Origin: Epithemia pelagica
Lineage: Eukaryota > Protista > Bacillariophyta
Assembly: GCA_946965045.2 (NCBI GenBank)
Contig: OX337234.1
Coordinates: 2,108,001 to 2,172,000, forward strand
DNA: 64,000 nucleotides
Direction of reading: 5' to 3'
Each line of letters starts with the position of its first letter. The first letter of the stretch is position 1. Of this stretch, positions 7,863 through 19,100 are shown piece by piece. A program made the position numbers and the translations under genes. The notes under the pieces were generated by a model. That model was not told the DNA's origin, searched no databases, and saw only the letters and a list, made by a program, of their open reading frames with translations.

Positions 7863-10800
7863 GGCTGTGTGCCCAGTGATGAAATTGATAAAACGAATCT
7901 TATCCGTCCACATTTCTCACTTGTAGGCACCCCTACCTTCAGCTTAGCCTTTGCACACCGTTTATGTGCTGCCGTATCACAGTCCCATACCACTGATCCG
8001 ATTGATCTGACATGTGAAATGGACTCGCATGCTGACACTTGTTGTGTTGGTCGCAACTTTGTGAAATTCAGGGAACCTGACCGTTACATCACTGTTTCCC
8101 CATTCTCAGAGGAATATAAACCCCTCAAGCGTATCCCCGTCACCACCACCGCCACTGTCTGGACTGATGCCCACAACAAAAGTTATCTATTGCTGTTTCA
8201 CGAGTCGTTATTCTTCGGGGACCGATTGTCCCAATCATTGATTTGTCCCAATCAACTGCGTTCAAACGGCCTCATTGTCCATGATGTGCCGCGTCAGTTT
8301 GACCCTTACAGCACACACAGCATTCGTATTCCCGATGCTGACCTGACCATTCCTCTAGAAATGTCCGGTGTTATCTCTGGCTTCGCGACTACGAAGCCAA
8401 CCCCGGAGGAGCTCGAGTCGCTCCCACGGATCGTCATGACTGCTGATTCGGTGTGGCACCCTCATTCGTCCACCTTTGCTGCCGCGGAGGAGAAAGCCAA
8501 TGCATCCAATGCATCTGCTGTCCGCCAAGTTGATCCGAATTCGATTGCCGCATCCTGTGTCCCGCGATTGGTTGCTGCCGTCCGATCATACGACGAAACC
8601 TATGGCTATTGCATGGAACTTGAGAATGACGAGGATGAACTATGCAACCGCTTAGTTGCTGCCGTTCGAGTGTCCCATCCACCAAGTGCCGAGGACACTG
8701 TCGACATTGAGGACCTTGATCCCGATGAATACTTTCTCAAAGCCGTTAAGTCTGCTTCGTCACGACCAACGAAAGCCGTAAAAGTCTTGCCATCTTCTTC
8801 TAAGACTGTACTTGATCCCCAGACCTTGTCTTCTCGATGGAATGTCGGCCTTACTAAGGCCAAGAAGACTTTACAAGTGACAACCCAGGCTGGGGTCCGA
8901 AATGTCCTTGTCCCATCCGAACGCAAGGTCCGAAAGAAAGCTCCATGGCTCAAATTCCCGAATGTCAAGGGACGATGGTTTTGCGACGAGATGTTCTCCA
9001 AGTGCCCATCGCTTGATCTTCACACGGGTGCTTCCGTATTTACTGATGGAAAGGGCTATGATTTTGTCTATCCCTGGAAATCAAAGAAGCAACACCCTGA
9101 AGGTCTGATGTCCCTTATCCAGAATGTCGGAATTCCTCAGACGTTAATTTCTGATGGTGCGCAAGAGCTATTTCATGGACGTTCTCGTGAGATCTGTAAT
9201 GAGTACCGTATCAAACAAGAAGTGACCGTCCCATACAGTCAATGGCAGAATGCCGCGGAAGCGAGCATCCGTGAGTTGAAGAAAGGTGTTATTAGGAAGT
9301 TACGTCAAACTGGTGCACCACGACGCACATGGTCCTATGCGCTGAAGTGGGTTGCCTCTGTCCGCCAGTTAACTGCCTCTGATATCCCTGAACTTAATGG
9401 ACGAACGCCATTTGAACACGTTCTTGGATCGACACCTGACATCTCTCCCATGGCTTTGTTTGATTTCTATCAACCTGTATACTATTATACGCCGTCGCAT
9501 GACTTCCCTCATGAGCGTAAATGTATTGGGCGCTGGCTTGGTCTTGCCGATGACTGTATTGATGACATGGCTTTCAACGTCTTGACAGAGAAAGGTCGAG
9601 TTATTGTCCGAAAAGATGTGTGGGCAATCCCTGACGACGATATGAAAAATCCCACAATCCGTCAACAAATGGAAGTCTATGATGGTCTTATCAAGACTCT
9701 CCTCGTGGATACATCGCCGTCCTCCGATGAAGACGCCGCCAACGTTTCCCCTGATCCACCCGATGATTTCTTTGGAGAAGACGAAAGCGAATCTCTCTTT
9801 CCTGCTGCTCTTGACTCCGATACACCTCTCCCTGATGCTGACGACTACACTCCGGAGGAGTTAGACGAATATCTCACAGCCGAAGTCATGCTGCCGCATG
9901 GCGGGGACCAGGCCAGAGCCAAGATCATAGGCCGCTCCAAAGATGAACATGGCCGACCAATTGGCAAACGTGATCCAAATCCAATCTTAGACACACGTTT
10001 CTATGACGTGCTGTATCCCGATGGATCGACCGAATCTCTTGCTGCCAATCTCATTGCCGAGAACCTTTACTCTCAAGTCGACACTGAGGGCAACTCCTAT
10101 GCCATTGTAAAGGATATCATTGGACATCGCAAAACCAAGGACGCTGTCCTCCGAACGGATCCGGACTGGTTGAATGGCCGTAAACGCCATACAACCGTTG
10201 GTTGGGAACATGAGTGTGAACTCTCCGATGGTTCTACTGTTTGGATCCCTCTCAAAGATCTCAAAAACGATTCGCCTGTACAACTAGCCGAATATGCTGT
10301 TGCGGCGGGGCTTGCCAAAGAACCGGCCTATACCTGGTGGGTTCCACATACGTTACGCAAACGTGGTGTGATTCTTGCGAAAGTAAAATCTCGCTATTGG
10401 AAACGTACCCACAAATATGGTATTGAACTGCCCAAAACCGTTCAAGAAGCTCTTGAGATTGATCGTCGAACGGGGACTGATTTCTGGCGGAAAGCCATCG
10501 AAAAGGAGATGAAAAATGTTCGCATTGCCTTTGAATTCCGTGATGATGACAAAGTACCAATTGGATACAAACATATCCCATGTCATATGGTCTTTGATAT
10601 CAAGTCTGATCTTCGCCGTAAAGCCCGACTGGTTGCCGGTGGGCATAAGACTGATCCACCGAAGGAATCCACGTACTCCAGTGTTGTATCCCGTGATAGC
10701 GTACGAATTGCATTCACTATCGCTGCCCTTAATGGCCTGGACGTGTTGGCCGGGGACGTACAAAATGCATACCTCAATGCACCAACAAAAGAGCGAACTT

Positions 10801-12119
10801 ATATTACGGCGGGACTAGAATTTGGTCCCGAAAACGTTGGCCGACCTGCACTGATTGTTCGTGCTCTGTATGGTTTGAAGAGTTCTGCTGCTCGTTGGCG
10901 TGATCACATTGCCGCAACACTTCGTGAAATGAAGTTCAACAGTTGCTTGGCTGACCCTGATGTCTGGCTTCGACCTCAAGTCCGACCATCTGATGGGTTC
11001 CAATACTATGAGTATGTACTTGTCTACATAGACGACATACTCTGTGTCAGTCATGATCCGCGATCGATCATGAATGATCTGGAAAAACGGTATACCATCA
11101 AACCCGAGAGTATTAAAGACCCAGACGAATACTTGGGATCTGAGATTCGACACTATACCATACCAGATACTGACGATCCTGAGAACAAACCCCGATGGGC
11201 CATGTCCTCCGACAAATATGTTAAACGTGCCATATCTGAAATTGAGACCGAACTGTCTAAAGTTGGCCAAAAGCTACAGACACGAGTCTCAACTCCGCTT
11301 GCCACTGGGTATCGTCCTGAGATCGACTCATCTCCTGAACTGGACCCCCGACGTGCAAATTACTATCAGGGACTAATTGGTATCCTTCGTTGGGTTGTGG
11401 AACTTGGTCGTATCGATATCATTGTTGCCGTATCACAACTGTCCCGATATCTAGCCATGCCACGTGAAGGACACCTCGAACAAGCCTTGCACATTTTTGC
11501 ATACCTAAAAGCGCATGGACGTTCCACCCTAGTGTTCGACGACACAACTCCGACCTTCGACGAGGATCGTTTCTTCCAGGCAGACTGGTCTGAATACTAC
11601 CCTGATGCTAGTGACCCTTTGCCGCCCAATATGCCACCACCTCGTGGACGGGCTGTTACCACAACTTGTTTTGTTGATGCCGATCACGCTGGTTGTCTTG
11701 CTACGCGTCGTTCACAAACTGGTATTCTTATGTTCTTACAACGAGCACCTATCTTGTGGTATTCCAAACGACAGAGTACTGTTGAGACATCAACATTTGG
11801 CTCCGAATTTGTCGCAATGAAGACTGCCATCGAACAGATAGAGGGTTTCCGTTACAAGTTGAGAATGATGGGCATTCCACTTGATGGCGAAACCAATGTG
11901 TTCTGTGATAATGAATCTGTGTTCAAGAGTGCAACCATGCCTGAAGTCACTCTGAAGAAGAAACACAATGCGATTGCTTACCATCGCACACGTGAGGCAC
12001 AAGCCGCCAACATCGTGCGTATCGCCTGGGAAGAAGGTGAAACCAATCTTGCGGACCTGCTGACAAAATCGTTACCAGGACCCCGATTGCGTTTTCTAGC
12101 ACAACGTGTTTTGTGGTGA
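7863..12119 (+). CDS. pol: Copia Pol (aspartic protease, integrase, chromodomain-like segment, RT, RNase H)
   Basis: PR: EMDSHADTCC. IN: LISDGAQE, QNAAEASIRELK. Chromo-like: IIGHRK..GWEHECELSDGSTVWIPLKDLK. RT: KARLVAGGH, DVQNAYL, LYGLKSS, YIDD. RH: VDADHAG, DNESV, NLADLLTK. There is no nearby ATG and the frame is the same as gag. Confidence 0.97.
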   Translation, partial: GCVPSDEIDKTNLIRPHFSLVGTPTFSLAFAHRLCAAVSQSHTTDPIDLTCEMDSHADTCCVGRNFVKFREPDRYITVSPFSEEYKPLKRIPVTTTATVWTDAHNKSYLLLFHESLFFGDRLSQSLICPNQLRSNGLIVHDVPRQFDPYSTHSIRIPDADLTIPLEMSGVISGFATTKPTPEELESLPRIVMTADSVWHPHSSTFAAAEEKANASNASAVRQVDPNSIAASCVPRLVAAVRSYDETYGYCMELENDEDELCNRLVAAVRVSHPPSAEDTVDIEDLDPDEYFLKAVKSASSRPTKAVKVLPSSSKTVLDPQTLSSRWNVGLTKAKKTLQVTTQAGVRNVLVPSERKVRKKAPWLKFPNVKGRWFCDEMFSKCPSLDLHTGASVFTDGKGYDFVYPWKSKKQHPEGLMSLIQNVGIPQTLISDGAQELFHGRSREICNEYRIKQEVTVPYSQWQNAAEASIRELKKGVIRKLRQTGAPRRTWSYALKWVASVRQLTASDIPELNGRTPFEHVLGSTPDISPMALFDFYQPVYYYTPSHDFPHERKCIGRWLGLADDCIDDMAFNVLTEKGRVIVRKDVWAIPDDDMKNPTIRQQMEVYDGLIKTLLVDTSPSSDEDAANVSPDPPDDFFGEDESESLFPAALDSDTPLPDADDYTPEELDEYLTAEVMLPHGGDQARAKIIGRSKDEHGRPIGKRDPNPILDTRFYDVLYPDGSTESLAANLIAENLYSQVDTEGNSYAIVKDIIGHRKTKDAVLRTDPDWLNGRKRHTTVGWEHECELSDGSTVWIPLKDLKNDSPVQLAEYAVAAGLAKEPAYTWWVPHTLRKRGVILAKVKSRYWKRTHKYGIELPKTVQEALEIDRRTGTDFWRKAIEKEMKNVRIAFEFRDDDKVPIGYKHIPCHMVFDIKSDLRRKARLVAGGHKTDPPKESTYSSVVSRDSVRIAFTIAALNGLDVLAGDVQNAYLNAPTKERTYITAGLEFGPENVGRPALIVRALYGLKSSAARWRDHIAATLREMKFNSCLADPDVWLRPQVRPSDGFQYYEYVLVYIDDILCVSHDPRSIMNDLEKRYTIKPESIKDPDEYLGSEIRHYTIPDTDDPENKPRWAMSSDKYVKRAISEIETELSKVGQKLQTRVSTPLATGYRPEIDSSPELDPRRANYYQGLIGILRWVVELGRIDIIVAVSQLSRYLAMPREGHLEQALHIFAYLKAHGRSTLVFDDTTPTFDEDRFFQADWSEYYPDASDPLPPNMPPPRGRAVTTTCFVDADHAGCLATRRSQTGILMFLQRAPILWYSKRQSTVETSTFGSEFVAMKTAIEQIEGFRYKLRMMGIPLDGETNVFCDNESVFKSATMPEVTLKKKHNAIAYHRTREAQAANIVRIAWEEGETNLADLLTKSLPGPRLRFLAQRVLW

Positions 12120-12265
12120 TTACATGATCGAATTCATTGTCCTCACACCCCTCTTTTATTGTCCGAATAGACACCCCTCTTAATTGAGAAAAAATAGTCC
12201 TGATGGACCGGCCTCTGCTGAAACAAGTCGTGGGCGACCTAGTCGAAATGCTTCCGATCTAGCTC

Positions 12266-12273
12266 GCGGGGAC
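12266..12273 (+). promoter_or_regulatory. Short polypurine-tract candidate
   Basis: GCGGGGAC immediately precedes the 3' LTR; the call is positional only. Confidence 0.45.
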
Positions 12274-12447
12274 TGAATAAATCCCGCCAACAGGTCGCAT
12301 ATTGGCGGATACATGGTCGCATATTGGCGAATATGCATCGCCTACATATGCTGCTACGCATCTAGTTTTCTAGTCATAATTTTGGTCTAGCCACTTGTTG
12401 TACGCCGTATACACCGTGTTGTAGCGTGTAGTGGCAGGATTTATACA
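12274..12447 (+). repeat. 3' LTR of the copia element
   Basis: No difference from 5370-5543 was found on visual comparison. Confidence 0.97.
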
Positions 12448-13159
12448 TGAGGACACACGTGGTCATTGTCCCTCCGTCAGATCAGCGACTGATTTCAAAG
12501 AACGCGACCCTATCTGCGATTTTGGATGGTTAACAGTTCCTCATCCCTCTACCTCTAACACCGAGGGAACAAATGAAGGTACCCCTTTCTAGAGTCAGAA
12601 ACGCAACAACTACATAATGACAGTCAAAGAGGCAATGCCATGGACATGGAACTACAAATGGTTCTTTTCCCTGGCTTGTTTAGATAGGAGTAGAGATGCC
12701 AATAAACGAACTATTAGCCTAAGGGAGTTTCCCAAACCAGAGTGGTAGAACCGATGGACAAAAATACAACATTGGCAAGGAAATGAATGCATAAGAGAAA
12801 GGTACCCATCGGCCCTTCCATTTCCTTGTTGGACCGTGAATTGTCATTCTCAAGATCCCTTGAGATGCTCCTCGAATGATGCGAAAGATTGTGATCCCGA
12901 TGGAAATAATGTGGGCAGCATGAAAACTTCCGAAACATAAAATTCAACTATCAGAACAGATTCTACATAAAAGTTGATAGTCGTCACAATGGATACTCTT
13001 TACGATATACTCCAAACGGGTCATCGTTTGATATTTTATGCGATATTTTCTTTTGGGATATGTTTTTTTCTTGTTTTATTCCTTTCTTCGTTCACGATTC
13101 TGTCCGTGTCCGGTCGGACAGAGAATTCACCAGACACACAACGCAAACAAAGAAAAACC

Positions 13160-16100
13160 ATGAGCCAAGGGGACGAAAAGGCACCGCGTCCTCCTGGTTC
13201 CTCCATGATGGAAGAAGAGCAAAAGGTTGAGAACAGCAGCATTGGAAGCAACCCAAAGCCATATGAGTGGCCTCAGGATGGAACTCCATCGACTGAGATC
13301 TTGACATTATGGAACGAAGTGGGCAATGGACTGGACAAGTCGCAGACGGGTAAGTGTGGTCATTCAGCACGAGAAAAATTTAGCTATACTTTGGAGTAGA
13401 GTGAACTCCGCATATCTTTCCCATAGAGCACCGAAATACTCGTGAAACACTGCGCTTCTGTAACTCCCACGTCATGGAAGAGGGTTTATGAATAAACATC
13501 AGCTTCTTACTCAACCATTCTAGAGGCTTGAGGGCTATGGAAGCGCATTGGATCAATGGTGTGATGACAGAGAACCTGTTGTTGCAGTGTCACTTTTTGG
13601 AATTTCCTGTGTAGTTCCCCACCACTCACTGTATTTGTTCTTGACCGAATGACTTTCTTCTGTTCTTAGTGGTTTGGAAATCTGCGGTAGAAAGTTTAGA
13701 GAATGCTCATCACAACTTCCGAACGAGTCCGGATTCGCGGGCCTTTGTGGAGAAGTACATGGCTCAGATTGTGGGAATATTGGTGGATCAAATTCCTTCC
13801 AAAATTGGAAACTATGAACGCGAATGTGTACAGGACTCCTTGTCCTTGGCTGTCCAGATTGTGGCACAGGATTTAGAGATTCAACTGGATCGAGGTGGTG
13901 TCTGTGTCATCTTGAAAGCACTGGAACATATATTCGCAAAGAAGAAGAATTATTACAAGAGTAAGGGGAGCAATAACCCCACTGGGTGGCATCATCAGGG
14001 TGCGGGTATGAACCAAGGATTGCCGGAAGTCCGCGTTCGCATGATCCATAAATTCCGTCAGTGCAGTGGCTTTAAGGCGTTGGCTCAGTACATGCGACGA
14101 ACGATTGGCACTCCGCATTTTGTGGACATTGAACCTCTCCGACATATTTTGGGTGCCACTGCGGACCTTGTCCCGAAACCGCAACACAACAACAATAGTA
14201 ATGGCGGAGGCTCTACCCCTTCCTCTAACAGCAATTCTCTGAAAAAGGATACGGAAGACGATGCGATTGAAGTCGGAGATGCAGTCATGGCCTTTATCTC
14301 ACACATGGCGGAGGATGAATTGAAGAAAGTCCCAGTGGAGCAGCTCACTTTTTTGCAGCAAGATTTGCAAAATATTTTTGATCGTCTTGTCATAACTCGT
14401 CGTGAGGCTACCTACGACTTTTATGATTTTTGGAGACGCTTGGCGTATAAGTTGTTGTCGTCGTCATCTTTGCCATTAAAGTTGTTTGGATGGGAAACAG
14501 TGAATGATTTGATTGAGGCGTGCGAAAAGCATCGGCCACCGCCTCGATCATTTTGGGTTCAAGGTGCTGGTTGTGCTTTTGTGAATGGTTTGTACAATTA
14601 CGGTGGAGCTGTAACACCGGATGGATACCATCGTCCGAATGCAGAAATTTTGTACGTTCGTAAGATTCCTCCGAATGAACCACAGGGGGGAGACAAGTTA
14701 ACTTTGTTTCGTTGTACAATGCGGTCGCAGCAAAAGTGGTGGTTTTTGTCGGAAGCGGACGAAGAGCAACCTGGAACAGATAGAGACATTGATTATTATC
14801 AACACAAGTCTCTGAAGGACCAGGAAGAGGCCTATCCGCCGGCGTCCGGTTGGGCAACCTGCCGCACAGCTGGGATCGACCCACCTCCTACAATGCAAGC
14901 CATCGGGTGGATGGTACCGCCGGGAGAAGAGCGAAGTACTCTCGAACACCAGCTAGCCATGTGGGCCATTGAGCAAAAGATTGTAGAACAAGTTCTCGGT
15001 GACACCACAAGTCACAGGGAGGTGGTTGCCCGATCCACTGCACTTATCAAATTTTTGGCTCAAATGTGCACTCGTGAGGATTATGTTTTGGTCGAGGTCC
15101 CGCAGCAGCTTGTTCAGCAGCAGACTTCATCTGGCTCTTCGTCTTCCGGGGATGATAACAGTGCAAAGGAAAACAAGGAAGTCTCCACTGGCGACGAAAA
15201 CACAATGTTGGATTCAGACAAAGTTGACAAAATGAGTCTCACTGCAAACGCAGAGTCGAAAGACTTGCCGAGTAAGGAGGAGTATTGCTTGCAAGCGTCT
15301 CATTTGCTTTTTGCGTGGAAAACTTGTACACGTAAAGCTGACTCCGCAGTTTCGGCACAAGTCTATCAGTTGCTTGTTTCCATTCTCCCTCTATGTCCTC
15401 CTAGTCTCGCTATACCTTTGTTGCAAGCTGTTCAAACGTCTCTGGGTGATCCTCAGCATATTTCTGAAGTTGGCTTGTTTTGTTCTGCATTATCAGAAGG
15501 CAACCTTATTGAACCACCTAACAACAGCAACAAAAATACACTCGACGATCAGGTACGGCTAGAAATCTTGAATTTGATGTGGGCGGTGCTGACACACCCT
15601 GAGGCATCGAACACAAAATCTTGCGATAGTATCAAACGCTACGTTAATTTCGAATTGCGTGGAGAACGCGGGGCGGAGCATCGAGAACGCTTCCTGCGGT
15701 TTTGTGTGGATGCACTTGGCACATACGCCAAAGGACAGGACGTTGTTGACGAAAACCAAGCCTTGCTCATGGTGAGATTAACCCAGTTTATTGTGGAGGC
15801 CTGTCCTCGACCCCAAGCCTACGCATTAGCGATCAACAACAATTGTGCGTTTCCTCAACTGCTTTTCGATGAACTCAAAGCTTATCTTTTACGGCGTCGC
15901 AAACATGGGTTGGCTGGGATCGGTGGGTCGTCCGCATCCGTGGCGTCTACTCGAGGCGGTTTTCGGAAAATATCACCGGCTCCAGGATCTTCCATCGTTG
16001 CAAACGGGACGGTAGGAGGAGGAGATGCGAACTTTATTCAGGAACAGCATCGAGTGGCGTTTCAGGACCGTTTGCGGATACTGAGGCATGTTTATGGTCT

Positions 16101-19100
16101 CTCCGATATTCGTACACCAAACGCGCCTGTTGTCAACGATCCTATCTTCATGACCGCAGAGATGATAGAAACTCTGTGGTCGCTCTGTGATTCCCCCATG
16201 GACAGAGAATCGATGATCATGTTCATCGCCGGAGCTTCGCACAATGGCAAGATCTCCTCAGATGTACAAACCTCACCGTCACCACATCCTGGACAGCCTG
16301 ATCACTCCAACTTGCTTTCTCCAGCGTTCACTGAGGAAGTGTGTCGCAAGATCTTTTTGGATTTGTTCTGCGTAGGTGATTTTGATTTGTCGAGTCTGGG
16401 AGCGGGTGGTTATAAGAGTTTCCACTTTTTGTTTCTGTCGATTCGGAGATCACCTCTTTCTTCTGTTGAAGACAAACGTGCTGCTCTCGACGTTCAGTGG
16501 AGAGTCTGTCTCCGAGCGGGAGCCGATGATGTTGCTCAACAGGCCATGCGAGATCTCCTTGCAGTCTACATATCCGCTTGCAATGCCAAAGGTGAAATTG
16601 GAGGGCAACAAGCCGCCGTTGATGGGGCATCACCTCCCGGCGAGGAATCGGTTGACGACGACTTTGGTGAACGTATCTTTCAATGCTTATCTAAAGTAAA
16701 GGAAGATATTCAGAACGGAGTCGAAGGTGGAGACCTTGCGGGGGAACGATGTATTCGCATACTGAATGCTGCAGTAAGCCAGCAAATTGATACGATTGGT
16801 TCTTATTCGAATACTCCTTCGACCTTGACCCGTCTTGCAAATTTACCAGCCTCAGCTTGTTTTGAAGATGCTCAAAAGTGTCTGCCACACGGGTTACGAG
16901 GTCAATCGGCTTGCTTCCATGTATCGATTACTGCGCGACGGAATCCTTTACAGAACTCGATCAGTCAAAATACTCTTCCAAATTCCCAAGCAACCGGAGC
17001 TGGTCCCTCGCCGACACAGACGCGACCCGGATCCAGCACCAGTCGATTCACTTTGGACCTGCACCCTCTTGAGACGCTTCTTTCTGTGAAACGCAGGATT
17101 GCAATTCAGTGCAATTGTCCTTTATCGTCGGTGAAACCCTTGCATATCAGTGGACGGCGAGCTTTTGGGAATACTGGTGACTCGAGTAATTTCAGTCTAA
17201 GTTCTGTTGCGGAGGATTCTGTAATGGATGAGCTCGGTGTTGTATATGGCTGTGAGATGGTCGTGTCCATATCAGACAGAATGCAGTCTTCCATGGCGAT
17301 GGCTGTTTCTAATCGCAATATGACAACAACAAATGATTTGAGTGCGGTGTTCTTTAATGATGACACCAAGTTCTCGGGAAAGCTGTTTTCAATCTTACTT
17401 GAGCTCCTTGATCTCTTGCTGGAGTCATCTAAAACAGACGCGAAAATGGATGTGGACGGAGCGAGAAATATCGCATCAAATACAAGGCATTTGATCTGGG
17501 ATCTCCTGGAGTCAATGCCTACAAACGCTTCTATTGTATCTTCGGTTCGGTCTGCAACAACGAAACCAGAACTCTCCACTGGAGTCGGTGATGCGATGGA
17601 GATAGACTCGACGAACGAGATCAGTTGGAGTCAACTAATTGACACCCGAAGCCTAAATCGAGTGGTATACGTTTTGTTATCGATCGACGCGATTCTTAAT
17701 CCTGCGCCAGCGGCGTTATCTTGTCTCCCATCAGGACTGGTAGTGGCACTTGAAAAGCAACTTGCGGACGATTCCAATGCATTCCGACGTCACTTTGTGG
17801 ATTCCGGCGGTTTTGCGGCAGTTGTGCGCTTCTTCTCGAGAGAAGAGAACAACGAAATTGCTTCGGCCTTTGATCTTCGAAGAGGGAATGCAGTGGCTCT
17901 TCGTATACTGAAAACGTGTCTGTTTGCAGATGGAGGAAAGATCGAGGGTGATGTCTCTGACGTTGAAACTACAGGAAGTAGTCTCGTTCAGTCGCTCTCC
18001 AATTCGAAGGGCTTATTGAAAAGTCTGACCTCCATGGTTGTGGATGATTCTGGTGTACCTTCGTCGACTGTTATGGATGTTCTTCGACTCCTCCGCCTGC
18101 TTTTCAGCACTCCAAATTCTGCTGAAAGCTTCATGGACTTACCTCGTGATCTGGCAAAACGCCTCATAACATCTCTCCTGTTGAGGGATGAAGAAGACAC
18201 AACACCGGGCAGGTATGCTTCCTCCATCAAATCGGCGATGCAAGTTAGAAGTGCTGTGAGTACCATGATTTTGCAAACACCAGTTCTTGCTGATGGATGC
18301 CTTCCTTGGTTGATCGAGGCTGTGGAGCGAGTGGAAGTGAAGTCCGAAACAACGTTTGAGCTCTTCAATATTCTTGAGAAACTCGTGGCAGACACGGGTG
18401 CCACTGCGCGATCCCGTCCCACCTCTACAGCTGAGTTGGGTCATCTTGCGCGTATAGTGTGTCAGACGTTGTCAACGTGCCCTCGGCCCAGCACAGAAAG
18501 CGATCTTCTTGATCTTACAACTGGAGTTCTATGCGGCTGCTTGAAGCTGATGCGGGCTCTGGTTGTATCGTGCAGTGGTTCGCTCCTTCGTCCCGGAACT
18601 GATTTGCTTCTCAAGAGCTTGGCCGTTGATCGATGGAGCATCGGGCTTGAGAAGGTCTCAACCGACGATGCAGCCATGCTGGATCTCATGGGAGTAGTTT
18701 TCGATGGACTCCTAACTCCATCTCAGAATTCTTCAGTTGCAATTTGCTGTGACAGAGAATCTCGACGAGAAGGGTTTGACGTTGTCGCTGCTATATCACG
18801 AAACTGCAATGGTGGCGTGGGATACCTGGCAATTTTGAAGCGAGTCAACGACCTATTGGAAGTGTGTGCACCGAGTGTGAGACATCGTTGGGGTGAGTTC
18901 GGTGGCACCCAGGACTCTCATTCAAGAGTGGGCAGAGCATCAAGATTTTCGGGATTGCGAAACCAAGGGTGCACATGCTACATGAATTCGGCGTTGCAAC
19001 AACTGTTCATGATGCCTGAGCTCCGTAACTCATTGTGCGCTGCTCCTCTTCCCACCACGCTGAGGTCCTCCGGAGGTGTGACATCGAAAGGTTCGGAACT

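Larger units (their letters stand above)
5370..12447 (+). mobile_element. Full-length Ty1/copia LTR retrotransposon (CoDi-type, diatom copia)
   Basis: Two 174-bp LTRs (TG...CA) that read identical by eye; flanking 4-bp duplication TGAG (5366-5369 and 12448-12451); gag followed by PR-IN-RT-RH in copia order. Confidence 0.97.

Noticed and set aside
9979-10330. Chromodomain-like segment in copia Pol as a novelty
   Set aside because: It has already been reported for CoDi-type diatom copia elements, so it is annotated but not counted as novel.
12198-12265. Hammerhead-like strings CTGATG-GAC...GTC-GAAA in the copia 3' UTR
   Set aside because: The conserved A9 is missing, and helices I and III cannot be formed around a cleavage triplet.
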